Shown in pieces: positions 16,289-24,557 of a stretch of 45,644 bases of DNA (position 1 is its first letter; each line of letters begins with the position of its first letter). The translations under genes were made by a program, and so were the position numbers. The DNA comes from a virus. The stretch is taken from the IMG/VR virus record IMGVR_UViG_3300037420_001400. The stretch is one strand, 5' to 3'. Under the pieces are notes generated by a model. The model was not told the DNA's origin, made no database searches, and worked only from the letters and a program-made list of their open reading frames with translations.

Positions 16289-16579
16289 CTACACAGCAGG
16301 ACTATCGTTATCAGCAGGGGGAGTGGGCGTAGTTTCATTCTTTCCATTTTTTACTTCAGTGATAAATTTGATAAGCTCAGGTATGGTGACCAATCCGAGG
16401 CACACAAGGGCAAACATTTGCCATGCGTACAGGGCGTGCAGTTGGGCAGATTCTGGAATGAGCTTCACCGTGATATAAATGCCAGTCACGATCGCAACCA
16501 TTGCGGAGATCTTGCGGCCGGAGAACCCGTCTTTGTTTGCCTCGAAGGATTGGAAAAGTTTTGTAATCAGTTTTTTCAT
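16289..16579 (-). CDS. Two-TM small membrane protein (holin-like)
   Basis: Start at internal ATG 16579 (MKKLITKLF..). Two hydrophobic spans (ISAMVAIVTGIYITV; MFALVCLGLVTI) and a polar C-terminal tail. Lies downstream of the amidase gene. Confidence 0.5.
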   Translation of the reverse strand: MKKLITKLFQSFEANKDGFSGRKISAMVAIVTGIYITVKLIPESAQLHALYAWQMFALVCLGLVTIPELIKFITEVKNGKNETTPTPPADNDSPAV

Positions 16580-16676
16580 ATTGGTATTTGTTGTATATTT
16601 GTAGTGGCCATGAGATGCGTGTATAACCAAAGCGGCTGATCACAATATCCATAAATGGAGCTAGGCCGACCCATTT

Positions 16677-16701
16677 AAAGCCCTTTAACCGGGGCTTTTT
16701 T
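16677..16701. terminator. Hairpin with plus-strand T-run, abutting the amidase stop codon
   Basis: AAAGCCC (16677-16683) pairs with GGGCTTT (16692-16698), followed by further Ts to 16701 on the plus strand. A second hairpin, AAATGG/CCATTT, lies at 16653-16676. Confidence 0.4.
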
Positions 16702-17311
16702 ATTTCAATCCCTTCAGCATCGTTATCAATCCTGTCTGCGGACTCATATCGTTTTTATCCTTCCTGTATGATACATGCGTATAGATACCCGCCTTACCGC
16801 TCAGTGCGTCCGTAGAAATATCCCACATATCCGAACGGTAATCAGTTGGGATATTGAACTTGTCGGCAAGGAATAATACCAGCTGCCGGAGAGATTCAAC
16901 CTGCGCCGCGTTGTATTCGTGGTAGTATTCGTAGCCACGGAATTTCTGCATCTGTACAACCTGATTGGCGGGAACCTCTTTGTTCACGTAGTTGTAATAC
17001 TGGCCGTCCTTTTCGATCAGTTGCCCCCAATTGCATACCTCAATGCCGATGCTTTCCTTGTTCAACTTCAGGTTGGAATCGGTCTTTAGGCCCAGGTGAT
17101 AGGCCCAGTCCTCCGGCTCGAATGCTTTATAAACGGTGCCGTCTCCGTCAATAACATAAGCCGTGCCCACCTTTTCCGGGTTGAAATTCCAGCCGTGAAT
17201 AGCGTTCTTGGCACTCGGACCACCTGCGGTATGATGCAGCACGATCTGCTTCTTTGGTTGCGGATCTTGGAAGTATTGATCTGCGTCTAGGAGGTTGTCT
17301 ATGATGGTCAT
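16700..17311 (-). CDS. N-acetylmuramoyl-L-alanine amidase endolysin (Amidase_2 / PGRP-type)
   Basis: IVLHHTAG, IGIEV and YTHV.. fit T7-lysozyme-like zinc amidases. 4-nt overlap with the upstream holin-like gene. Confidence 0.85.
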   Translation of the reverse strand: MTIIDNLLDADQYFQDPQPKKQIVLHHTAGGPSAKNAIHGWNFNPEKVGTAYVIDGDGTVYKAFEPEDWAYHLGLKTDSNLKLNKESIGIEVCNWGQLIEKDGQYYNYVNKEVPANQVVQMQKFRGYEYYHEYNAAQVESLRQLVLFLADKFNIPTDYRSDMWDISTDALSGKAGIYTHVSYRKDKNDMSPQTGLITMLKGLK

Positions 17312-17514
17312 GCAAATATTTTATGTTCAACTTTTTCGAGCCTTTCCTCGATTGCCTCACGTTTCGCCGACTCCGTAGCGATGGTTGTTTTGATCTCATT
17401 GATATCTGCGCTCATCTGCATCAGTGCCTTCACGGCGAGTCCGCCAATGAAGGCGAGCAAGGAAAGAAACACTGGCATTGCCCATAATAGGATAGTGTAA
17501 ATAGTTTCGTTCAT
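17308..17514 (-). CDS. Holin-like single-TM protein
   Basis: 68 aa with an N-terminal TM (ILLWAMPVFLSLLAFIGGLAV) and a charged coiled C-terminus. Translationally coupled to the amidase. Confidence 0.6.
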   Translation of the reverse strand: MNETIYTILLWAMPVFLSLLAFIGGLAVKALMQMSADINEIKTTIATESAKREAIEERLEKVEHKIFA

Positions 17515-17526
17515 AGGTATTATTTA

Positions 17527-17997
17527 TTAATCTTCCCCGTTCTTCTTTTCTTTCAAGAGCAGTTTAATTGACAATACGATCGAGAAGATGAACGCGCACA
17601 GCAAAGACGATCCGGCCCAGGTTGGTACTACAATAACATTGCTTTCGGCGCTGTATTCAACGGACTGGGCAGATGCCATTCGAGCGCCAGGGTTTTCTAT
17701 TAGCGCCCGGAGTGTTGCAATGGAATCAGTAAGGCCGCGAACGTAGTCGATGCTGATGGAGTTTGGGGACAATATGAGGGTGTCAACGCTGGTGAAGTCT
17801 ACGGTGTCTGAATAGAAATTTGTCCGGGAAGTGTCAATGTATTCTTGTAGGTTGTAGAAGATTCCAGGGTTAGTTCCCCACTCTACTTGTAGAGCTGCGG
17901 TTTCGGCCTGCGGTGGCAGGGCGTTAACAGAGTAATTTTTTTGTGCGCTGATGTTAATTGTAATCAGTAGCGCTGCGATTGAAAGGGTTTTTTCCAT
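17527..17997 (-). CDS. Secreted/anchored protein with N-terminal signal peptide and C-terminal TM (lysis accessory or spanin-like candidate)
   Basis: The signal-like segment is MEKTLSIAALLITINISAQ. The C-terminal hydrophobic segment is SSLLCAFIFSIVLSIKLLL. It lies immediately upstream of the holin gene. Confidence 0.4.
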   Translation of the reverse strand: MEKTLSIAALLITINISAQKNYSVNALPPQAETAALQVEWGTNPGIFYNLQEYIDTSRTNFYSDTVDFTSVDTLILSPNSISIDYVRGLTDSIATLRALIENPGARMASAQSVEYSAESNVIVVPTWAGSSLLCAFIFSIVLSIKLLLKEKKNGED

Positions 17998-17999
17998 GG

Positions 18000-18176
18000 T
18001 TATTTATTTTTTAAGGGATAATTGTTTTTTACTTCTCCTGAAACTCCATCGTAGCTGTGAAACTCAACCATTCCGTCGAGTTCACCGCCTATATAATAGA
18101 TGTTGTATTTATCTACATTGATGCCGCCTTCTCCAAAAACAGGCTCATATTTTATTTCACAGTATCTTTCGTTCAT
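18000..18176 (-). CDS. Hypothetical 58-aa protein (below the ORF-track cutoff)
   Basis: Hand translation: MNERYCEIKYEPVFGEGGINVDKYNIYYIGGELDGMVEFHSYDGVSGEVKNNYPLKNK. It exactly fills the gap between 17997 and 18178. Confidence 0.4.
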   Translation of the reverse strand: MNERYCEIKYEPVFGEGGINVDKYNIYYIGGELDGMVEFHSYDGVSGEVKNNYPLKNK

Positions 18177-18177
18177 A

Positions 18178-19359
18178 TTATGGGCGTTTAAATCCTAATT
18201 GCCACGAAACAGTTACACTTGCTGGGTTTGTTGTTGCCCACGTAGCACAAGCCCATCTAAATTCAATGTAATCAGACGTTGTACCGGCTATATTAAATGT
18301 TTGTGTATATGTCGTCACAGTAGTATTGTTTACAACAGAACTACTAATTGTTGTAAACGAGGAGTTGTTTATCCCAACCGAAATCGTAGAAGTTTCATTG
18401 CTTCCGGCTGTTTGTACAAACGTTACGCGGGCAGATACCAATGTGCAATTCTCCGGAAAATATATCGGACTAGCGCCACCGGCTGTACTTGTTGTTATGG
18501 CAAGAGATCTGCATCCGAAAAAATATGTTGCTCCATCTGCAGGGTTTCCAACTGCGCCGGTTTGGCCTCGGAGATAGAAGATGTTTGAAGTGTTATCTAC
18601 ATAATCCGTCCCAGCTGTAGCCAGAGAAACAATACCTGATCCGTCCGCTTTTAAAATTCCGTTTATAGTTCCGGCGCCCCCATAATTTGAACCTATCACG
18701 GTGCCTTGCCAAACCCCTGTTCCTATAGTTCCGAGTGTTGTAATAGAAGATTGGCCCGCATAAGTGGCCGCTATGTCAATTACGCCTGCAGTAATTGTAA
18801 TTCGGTTAGTGGTTCCTGAATAAGATAACGCATCAATTTGATCCTGAATATTGCTTGTTGCTCCTGACAGGTATCCTAACTCAGTAGGTGTTACAGGGCT
18901 TGAAACAAGATTTTTAGACGCGTCGAAATATGGAACAGTTGATGCGGTGGCCGTGTTGAAGTTATATAACGGGGAGTTGAAGTTGATAATGGCATTGTGG
19001 TTGATCAAACATTTAGTATCATCCAAAAGAAACTCCCCTGCGTTGTTTGGTCCTTCAAAGGCGAGATCTGCATATTGCCCATCTCCGAAATCCAGATAAG
19101 AAGCCCCGTCCTCGCTGCTTAAATAGTTTAACCCCTCAAAATAAATCACTCCTGAGTCCTGAATAAACCCACTGTCAGAAAAGTTGGTACCATCCCAATA
19201 TGGAATGGCACCAGCTGTAAGTGAGCCAGAATTTAAAATACCCGCCTTCAGATCGGCGAAAGTTATTTTCTTGGTAACTCCAGATTGAACAATAGCAAAC
19301 AGGTCCGGACTCACCGGAACGGAGGTAGCGCCTAATTGACTTATCTTCTTGTCTGCCAT
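18178..19359 (-). CDS. Tail fibre / receptor-binding protein
   Basis: N-terminal KISQLGA..PDLFAIVQSGVTKKITFADL is typical of phage tail-fibre N-termini. The body is G/S/T-rich. It sits at the distal end of the tail module. Confidence 0.6.
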   Translation of the reverse strand: MADKKISQLGATSVPVSPDLFAIVQSGVTKKITFADLKAGILNSGSLTAGAIPYWDGTNFSDSGFIQDSGVIYFEGLNYLSSEDGASYLDFGDGQYADLAFEGPNNAGEFLLDDTKCLINHNAIINFNSPLYNFNTATASTVPYFDASKNLVSSPVTPTELGYLSGATSNIQDQIDALSYSGTTNRITITAGVIDIAATYAGQSSITTLGTIGTGVWQGTVIGSNYGGAGTINGILKADGSGIVSLATAGTDYVDNTSNIFYLRGQTGAVGNPADGATYFFGCRSLAITTSTAGGASPIYFPENCTLVSARVTFVQTAGSNETSTISVGINNSSFTTISSSVVNNTTVTTYTQTFNIAGTTSDYIEFRWACATWATTNPASVTVSWQLGFKRP

Positions 19360-19472
19360 TATACTTTAACAATCTTCAGGGCATAAGTTGTCCCGTTATT
19401 AACTAAAACGAGCCTTAGAATGTCTTCAGCAGACAAATAAGGCTCGCACGAAATTTTTATATTATATGCCAT
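19359..19472 (-). CDS. 37-aa protein carrying one copy of a CxxLSxEDhL..G..YAL repeat module
   Basis: Hand translation: MAYNIKISCEPYLSAEDILRLVLVNNGTTYALKIVKV. 1-nt overlaps at both ends (TGATG, TAATG). Confidence 0.45.
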   Translation of the reverse strand: MAYNIKISCEPYLSAEDILRLVLVNNGTTYALKIVKV

Positions 19473-19687
19473 CAGGTCACGTCTATAATGTTTATGGCTT
19501 CATCTGCCTGGTTATACACAAGCATCAGAATATCTTCCCAGGTTATACCATCTGCACACTGAGCAGCGGGAGTAAAACCAACAGCTGACAACTCATTAAC
19601 CGCAAGGGCATAGTTGCCGGCACCATCCGTTCGAACCACCTTTCTGAAAAAGTCTTCCGGGCTTATATTTAATCCGCATTCAGCCAT
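19472..19687 (-). CDS. 71-aa protein with two copies of the same repeat module
   Basis: Copies are CGLNISPEDFFRKVVRTDGAGNYALAV and CADGITWEDILMLVYNQADEAINII. Confidence 0.55.
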   Translation of the reverse strand: MAECGLNISPEDFFRKVVRTDGAGNYALAVNELSAVGFTPAAQCADGITWEDILMLVYNQADEAINIIDVT

Positions 19688-19944
19688 TAGGTTGTTTGAG
19701 ACATACGAATAGCGATATCTCCGTTCGCATCGAGACAGAACAGATTCCTGAATTCATTCAGAAGCTCTTCCTCTGAGTTAATACCACTGCCGCAGTCAAT
19801 GCCACTGCTGCCAGCAACCGGATTGACTTTGTGTGTTCTGAGGTATTTCTTACCACTTGCCTCTTCACCGATACATCCGGAAAGGAGTTCCCAAAACGTT
19901 AATTGGGATTTATTGCAATCTATTGCGTTGTCGTTTGCTGCCAT
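19687..19944 (-). CDS. 85-aa protein with two copies of the same repeat module
   Basis: Copies are CNKSQLTFWELLSGCIG..YLRTHKV and CGSGINSEEELLNEFRNLFCLDANGDIAIRM. Confidence 0.55.
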   Translation of the reverse strand: MAANDNAIDCNKSQLTFWELLSGCIGEEASGKKYLRTHKVNPVAGSSGIDCGSGINSEEELLNEFRNLFCLDANGDIAIRMSQTT

Positions 19945-19955
19945 TGTTGTTTATT

Positions 19956-20531
19956 TTATTGATTACGCATTGCATCAGTGATAACTGACGGCTGCCTTTC
20001 AGGGGTGAAATCGTTTTTCCATTTTACAGTCCATGGGAACAGGATAAAATCTCCGTAGTTCCTTGAGATGTTCAGCTTGATTTTCAGCTTTGCGTTGCGG
20101 ATGCCATCGTTGCCGCCGAACAGGAGGCCGTCTCTGGTTTCAAACCATACACGCTGGCTACCGGTGTTACACTCCAATGAGCGAAGCGCGTCGTGGTTTA
20201 CCTGATTGGTCTCATCAATGTCACCCTGGATGATGAAGTCTTTAACCCCATCTTTTACGCGGCCACCGGAAATCTCTTTTTCATTGTCAGCCACAGGGGG
20301 AAATTCTCCAATAACACGCAGGGCGCGTATTTGATTTGCTCCAGCTCCGGATTGGCTCAATCGTGAATCCCATTCAAGGGGATCTGCAGCGTTCGCGAGT
20401 CCGTTTCCGTCCTCATCATTTGTGTAATATACGTATGCAATCTCCGCGTTGTTTATTTCCGGGTTACACTCATCAAATTGATGAGCCGGTAAATTACTGG
20501 TACAGTCTACGGGACAAATTGGTAATGACAT
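19956..20531 (-). CDS. Virion structural protein (tail/baseplate region), function unknown
   Basis: 191-aa ORF in the tail module with its own upstream intergenic region carrying repeated motifs. Confidence 0.5.
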   Translation of the reverse strand: MSLPICPVDCTSNLPAHQFDECNPEINNAEIAYVYYTNDEDGNGLANAADPLEWDSRLSQSGAGANQIRALRVIGEFPPVADNEKEISGGRVKDGVKDFIIQGDIDETNQVNHDALRSLECNTGSQRVWFETRDGLLFGGNDGIRNAKLKIKLNISRNYGDFILFPWTVKWKNDFTPERQPSVITDAMRNQ

Positions 20532-20578
20532 GGGATTGAATTTTTACCAAATTTCCAATGTATAAAACAGGGGGTCAA

Positions 20579-20653
20579 TCGCAATTTGCAACAACGATTG
20601 AATGAATAGAATTTACAAAGGATTCAAGGATTATTTTGTTGCAATTTGCAACT
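20579..20653. promoter_or_regulatory. Two copies of the 12-mer GCAATTTGCAAC exactly 60 bp apart (regulator-site candidates) plus a -7-like box
   Basis: GCAATTTGCAAC occurs at 20581-20592 and 20641-20652. Its reverse complement occurs at 44174-44185. The minus-strand GAaaTTTG box lies ~20 nt upstream of ATG 20531. Confidence 0.55.
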
Positions 20654-21056
20654 ACTCGCAACAGCTTGTTTTTACAACCTGATCATCCTGCTCAAAGGTC
20701 ACTTCCACGGTAGCCATGCAGTCGTTAAACGTGTCTTCCCAATTAACATTAACCTGAACGTTACGAATTTGAGATTGATAAAGGCCATTGGTGTATCCGA
20801 TTTTAATATCGTCATGCATGGTCATAATCTCCAATGCGTTAATGATGTGCTCGGGGGCCACTATTTCAAATTTGTAGGTCTTTTTAAGGCTTTCAAATTC
20901 CTTCACGAATACTCCGTTATCATTCTCAAACCCTTCCTCAGTCTTGGTGTACTCGGGTTTTACGATGATGGTATCAAGGAACAATTTGTTTTCAAACGTT
21001 CCACCGTAGTATATGCCGCCCAAATCGCAGCTATTTTTCCATGTGAGCTTTATCAT
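20652..21056 (-). CDS. Virion structural protein, function unknown
   Basis: 134-aa ORF with a 4-nt overlap to the upstream tail gene. Confidence 0.5.
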   Translation of the reverse strand: MIKLTWKNSCDLGGIYYGGTFENKLFLDTIIVKPEYTKTEEGFENDNGVFVKEFESLKKTYKFEIVAPEHIINALEIMTMHDDIKIGYTNGLYQSQIRNVQVNVNWEDTFNDCMATVEVTFEQDDQVVKTSCCE

Positions 21057-21913
21057 GAGTGTAATAGTCCAAAGTTATCTTCTTGTAATAATTTGTCGCC
21101 GTCCTCCTGCAGTATGTAATTTGTACCTGATGTTTCGAAAGCATTAGATATGTATATCGGTTCTGAGTAATGGGTAACTCCATCAATAACCATTTGAGAG
21201 TAAAACATCCCGCATGGTAGGTCAATGAGGTCGCCATTATAAATAATATTCTTATAATCACCCATGGTCTGAATAGATAACATAGATACATCAAGCGGGA
21301 AGGTGCATTGATCATTTAAGAGTGTCCATGATGTTATAGATGTCGCTGAATCAACCTTGTACTGAAATGGAAGCAGGGCATCATTCCCGCACATCAACAG
21401 GAACCCACAAACCTTATCGCATGGCGAATTGTTTTCACTTATTTTTCCTTCGTTATTGTACCATGCCCAGGCAGAATAAACGGGAAATATCGTTTGAGCA
21501 AAATCGGGGTCTGGCAATGAATCCATGACCGTAAAAAGCTCAGAGTAATACATGAACTCGCCCTCTTCATTCGTGTAGGTTACCTTTATGTAGTACGTTC
21601 CGCATGGGATACTGTCCTTAAAGGTTCCGCCATTAAAAGTTAGATACGTGGCTACGTCTTCAATGGTCGTCACATCAATTGACCCAAGCAAATCAATATC
21701 ATAAAACAGCATATCATCGGCTGCACAGATAACTTGAAATTCGGTAATCTCAGTTGAAGGATCTGGATCTGTTTTAATCTGAAACGGTAGTATCGTGGAA
21801 TACGGGCACAGAAGGGTATAATTGCAAATTGCTTCGCAATTCTTCCTGAAACGATTCTGTTTATCCAGGTCGTTGTAAAAAACAAAAGCTGTATTTAGTT
21901 CGTCAAATATCAT
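21053..21913 (-). CDS. Tail/baseplate protein with internal two-fold duplication
   Basis: ..ILPFQIKTD..PCGTYYIKV..YYSELFTV and ..LLPFQYKVD..PCGMFYSQM..HYSEPIYI are homologous halves. The C-terminal ILQEDGDKLLQEDNFGLL motif is seen in tail proteins. Confidence 0.5.
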   Translation of the reverse strand: MIFDELNTAFVFYNDLDKQNRFRKNCEAICNYTLLCPYSTILPFQIKTDPDPSTEITEFQVICAADDMLFYDIDLLGSIDVTTIEDVATYLTFNGGTFKDSIPCGTYYIKVTYTNEEGEFMYYSELFTVMDSLPDPDFAQTIFPVYSAWAWYNNEGKISENNSPCDKVCGFLLMCGNDALLPFQYKVDSATSITSWTLLNDQCTFPLDVSMLSIQTMGDYKNIIYNGDLIDLPCGMFYSQMVIDGVTHYSEPIYISNAFETSGTNYILQEDGDKLLQEDNFGLLHS

Positions 21914-24557
21914 GCAGTAGTGTTGCTTCCAAAGTGTTATCTCTCAGGGAATACGTCATTTCTTCTACTTCTCCCTCTCCCACTTGGGTTGTAATGAGGT
22001 CCGTAACGGGGTTAAGATACTCGTCGCAGCAGTAAGGGAACCTTATCTTATCCTGCTTCTTTGTTCTCTTCGCCGTTATGAATGCGGTCACTTCATTGTT
22101 CATCATTCCTTCCAACAATACCCTTTCGTAACGGTGATAATTATAGTGCAGGTTTGCCCAGCTCAAATGCATATTAGGCTTCGTCAGTCCTGACAAAAGG
22201 CCTATTTCAGATGAGATGGTATACGTACTGCCAACAAGATCATTTACCAGGAGCACGAATCCGGTTTTCTCAATCGCATCTGGTTCGTTGAAAATATACT
22301 CGATGTCAGTCGTGATGTTGCCGGGTGCGTGATTCAGTATATTGCTTTTTGAATCCTGGTTTACACAAGCACTATCGTAGCTTATTTCAGCGCCAACGAA
22401 ATCAGTCGTTTGCGCCTCGCTCCATTTGTACCGCTCATATTTAGGCATCTTTTCCTTTTCATAGAAATAAATGCCTTTACCGATTATGTACTTGAATTTG
22501 TCGGCAGTCGTTAGATCGTAGTTTGGGTTTGCTGTTCTACTAAACCAGCTTACGTGTTCAAGCCGCAGGTTGCCGTTCTCAATTAACCAATACACCTGGA
22601 AGATCTCCCTTAGCATTAGCATAAGATCGTTAAATGATAGCATTCCTCTTGTTGCCGGCTGACTCGCTCCCGGATTTATGATATCCGACTTTTGCGCCAT
22701 CATAAGGTGCATTAGCCTGTTGGGTTCCGCAGTAACATAATTGATTCCGGGTGAATAGTGAGGTGTATCTCCCGGGGGGTTCATCTCAAAGAAGTCGCTC
22801 TGTACCTCAGTCAAACCGCACGCCTCCGAATACAAGCCAAGAACATCAATCAATAGCCTGTTTTGATCGTAAACAATCTCTGTTCCATCGGGCGGGCACC
22901 AGAAAAACGAAGGCTCTCCTGTTCCACTACAGTCGGTTATCATTATGAAATTACAGCCGCAATTGATTGTCTCTTTCACAGATACCAATGAATCAGCCCC
23001 AACGGTATTATCCCAATCAACGGTAATTGTTCCCGTTCCCTGACCTGACGCTATTGTCCCGTTTTGAACCGTCCATACATAGGTTGCCCCTGGTCTTGTT
23101 GGTATATCGTACTGTATTCCGGATGCATTGGGACAAACCGAAACAAGCCCGTTTATATCGGGCGTTACGGCCGCGTTTGATATGGACACATCGATGGATC
23201 CGTTTATGTTTGAACCAACCAAAGTTGTTGTATTATCAGCAGAGAAAGACACTGTAACGTCACCGCTCGACCCGTCGCCGAAATCTATTTCTACCGTATC
23301 TGTGCCCTGTCCTCCTACTATGGTTGCGCCCGCTGTTACCGACCAAAGCACGTCAACCGTAAAGTTCTCAGGAAGAACCGGCATGGAGTAAAATACAGTC
23401 TCCTGATTCTTACAAACTCGGATAGGGCCGGCCGGGTCCTGCGAAATAACGGTTGGTGTCAAACTACCAGCATCCTGCACCGTAATGTTTTTTGTGACAG
23501 CCGCAGCCGTAGAGCATATGGTTGTTTCAATTACCTGCAGTGTAACGGTTCCCGTGTTGGTAAACTTTACCGTAACGGTATTTGTTCCCTGCCCCGATAT
23601 AACAGAAACGAAGGTTCCGGACCACACGTAAGAAGACCCGGGGTTATTTCGAACCGTGAATGTATACTCTTCATCATACCCGGAAATCGAAGCAATGGCC
23701 TCGTCATAACCGATTATTACAGGTGTTGTTGGTGTGTTTGTTCTTGTAACTGGTAAATTTTTAGTCCTTGGAGGGAAGTCAGGCATGAATCCGCCCGATC
23801 CATCATCAATACAGTCGCCAGGAGCTACATCCGGGTTTGGGTTATTCGCGTATACGATTACAGGAGTACGTACGTATGTCGCGAAACCTGTGGTTGCGCA
23901 GTCGTTAGATAGTAGTACCCATGTTCCCCCTGGGTCTTGCGGCAATCCAGCCAAACACGACACCAACAGCCTTTCCCTATAATAAATACTCGTCCAAGCT
24001 CCGTCGATCTCTTCCGTGTGGAATAAAAGCCAGCCCCCACCGGGCGGCAGACTACCCGAGCAGGCCCCGGATGTATCCCGACAGGTGTAAAATTCGTAAT
24101 CGGTTACGATGGTTGTACTTGTAGTAACTATGGGTGATGCATCCAGAATATTTTGCTCAACCTCTCCGTTCTCAATCATGCACCTGTATTCATCATCGGG
24201 CAAAATATCCGTAAATTCTACAGAGCAGCGATCTATATTCCATTTGCCGGAGGTTACGGTAAAATATCCCATCCACCAGCTTTCAAAAGCTTCGTTTCCG
24301 CATGATCTGTGAATATCAATGGAAATTTCAAGGCACCTATCCAGTCCGTCTTCTATGTTTTTGAAATAGGTATAATCTGTAATAGGCGAACCGGGTACTT
24401 CTGTCCTATTAGTAAATACGAGGGACCCATTGAACTTCCTGCGGAAAAACAATTGCCCGTTCTCCTTTTGGTAATTGATCGTCCCTTCCTTAAAATTCAA
24501 AGGAAAGACTTCAACCGGAGGCTGGGCATTATGTGTTATGTAAAACCTGTACCTCAT
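21903..24557 (-). CDS. Large distal tail protein with three Ig/PKD-like GQGT repeats
   Basis: 884 aa, directly downstream of and overlapping the tape measure gene. Three ~80-aa repeats (aa ~279-535) share Y.W...G.I.SGQGT..ITV. Confidence 0.6.
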   Translation of the reverse strand: MRYRFYITHNAQPPVEVFPLNFKEGTINYQKENGQLFFRRKFNGSLVFTNRTEVPGSPITDYTYFKNIEDGLDRCLEISIDIHRSCGNEAFESWWMGYFTVTSGKWNIDRCSVEFTDILPDDEYRCMIENGEVEQNILDASPIVTTSTTIVTDYEFYTCRDTSGACSGSLPPGGGWLLFHTEEIDGAWTSIYYRERLLVSCLAGLPQDPGGTWVLLSNDCATTGFATYVRTPVIVYANNPNPDVAPGDCIDDGSGGFMPDFPPRTKNLPVTRTNTPTTPVIIGYDEAIASISGYDEEYTFTVRNNPGSSYVWSGTFVSVISGQGTNTVTVKFTNTGTVTLQVIETTICSTAAAVTKNITVQDAGSLTPTVISQDPAGPIRVCKNQETVFYSMPVLPENFTVDVLWSVTAGATIVGGQGTDTVEIDFGDGSSGDVTVSFSADNTTTLVGSNINGSIDVSISNAAVTPDINGLVSVCPNASGIQYDIPTRPGATYVWTVQNGTIASGQGTGTITVDWDNTVGADSLVSVKETINCGCNFIMITDCSGTGEPSFFWCPPDGTEIVYDQNRLLIDVLGLYSEACGLTEVQSDFFEMNPPGDTPHYSPGINYVTAEPNRLMHLMMAQKSDIINPGASQPATRGMLSFNDLMLMLREIFQVYWLIENGNLRLEHVSWFSRTANPNYDLTTADKFKYIIGKGIYFYEKEKMPKYERYKWSEAQTTDFVGAEISYDSACVNQDSKSNILNHAPGNITTDIEYIFNEPDAIEKTGFVLLVNDLVGSTYTISSEIGLLSGLTKPNMHLSWANLHYNYHRYERVLLEGMMNNEVTAFITAKRTKKQDKIRFPYCCDEYLNPVTDLITTQVGEGEVEEMTYSLRDNTLEATLLHDI

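Noticed and set aside
20646-21119. 157-aa plus-strand ORF
   Set aside because: It is almost exactly antisense to 20652..21056, which is coupled into the tail operon. No plus-strand promoter is evident.
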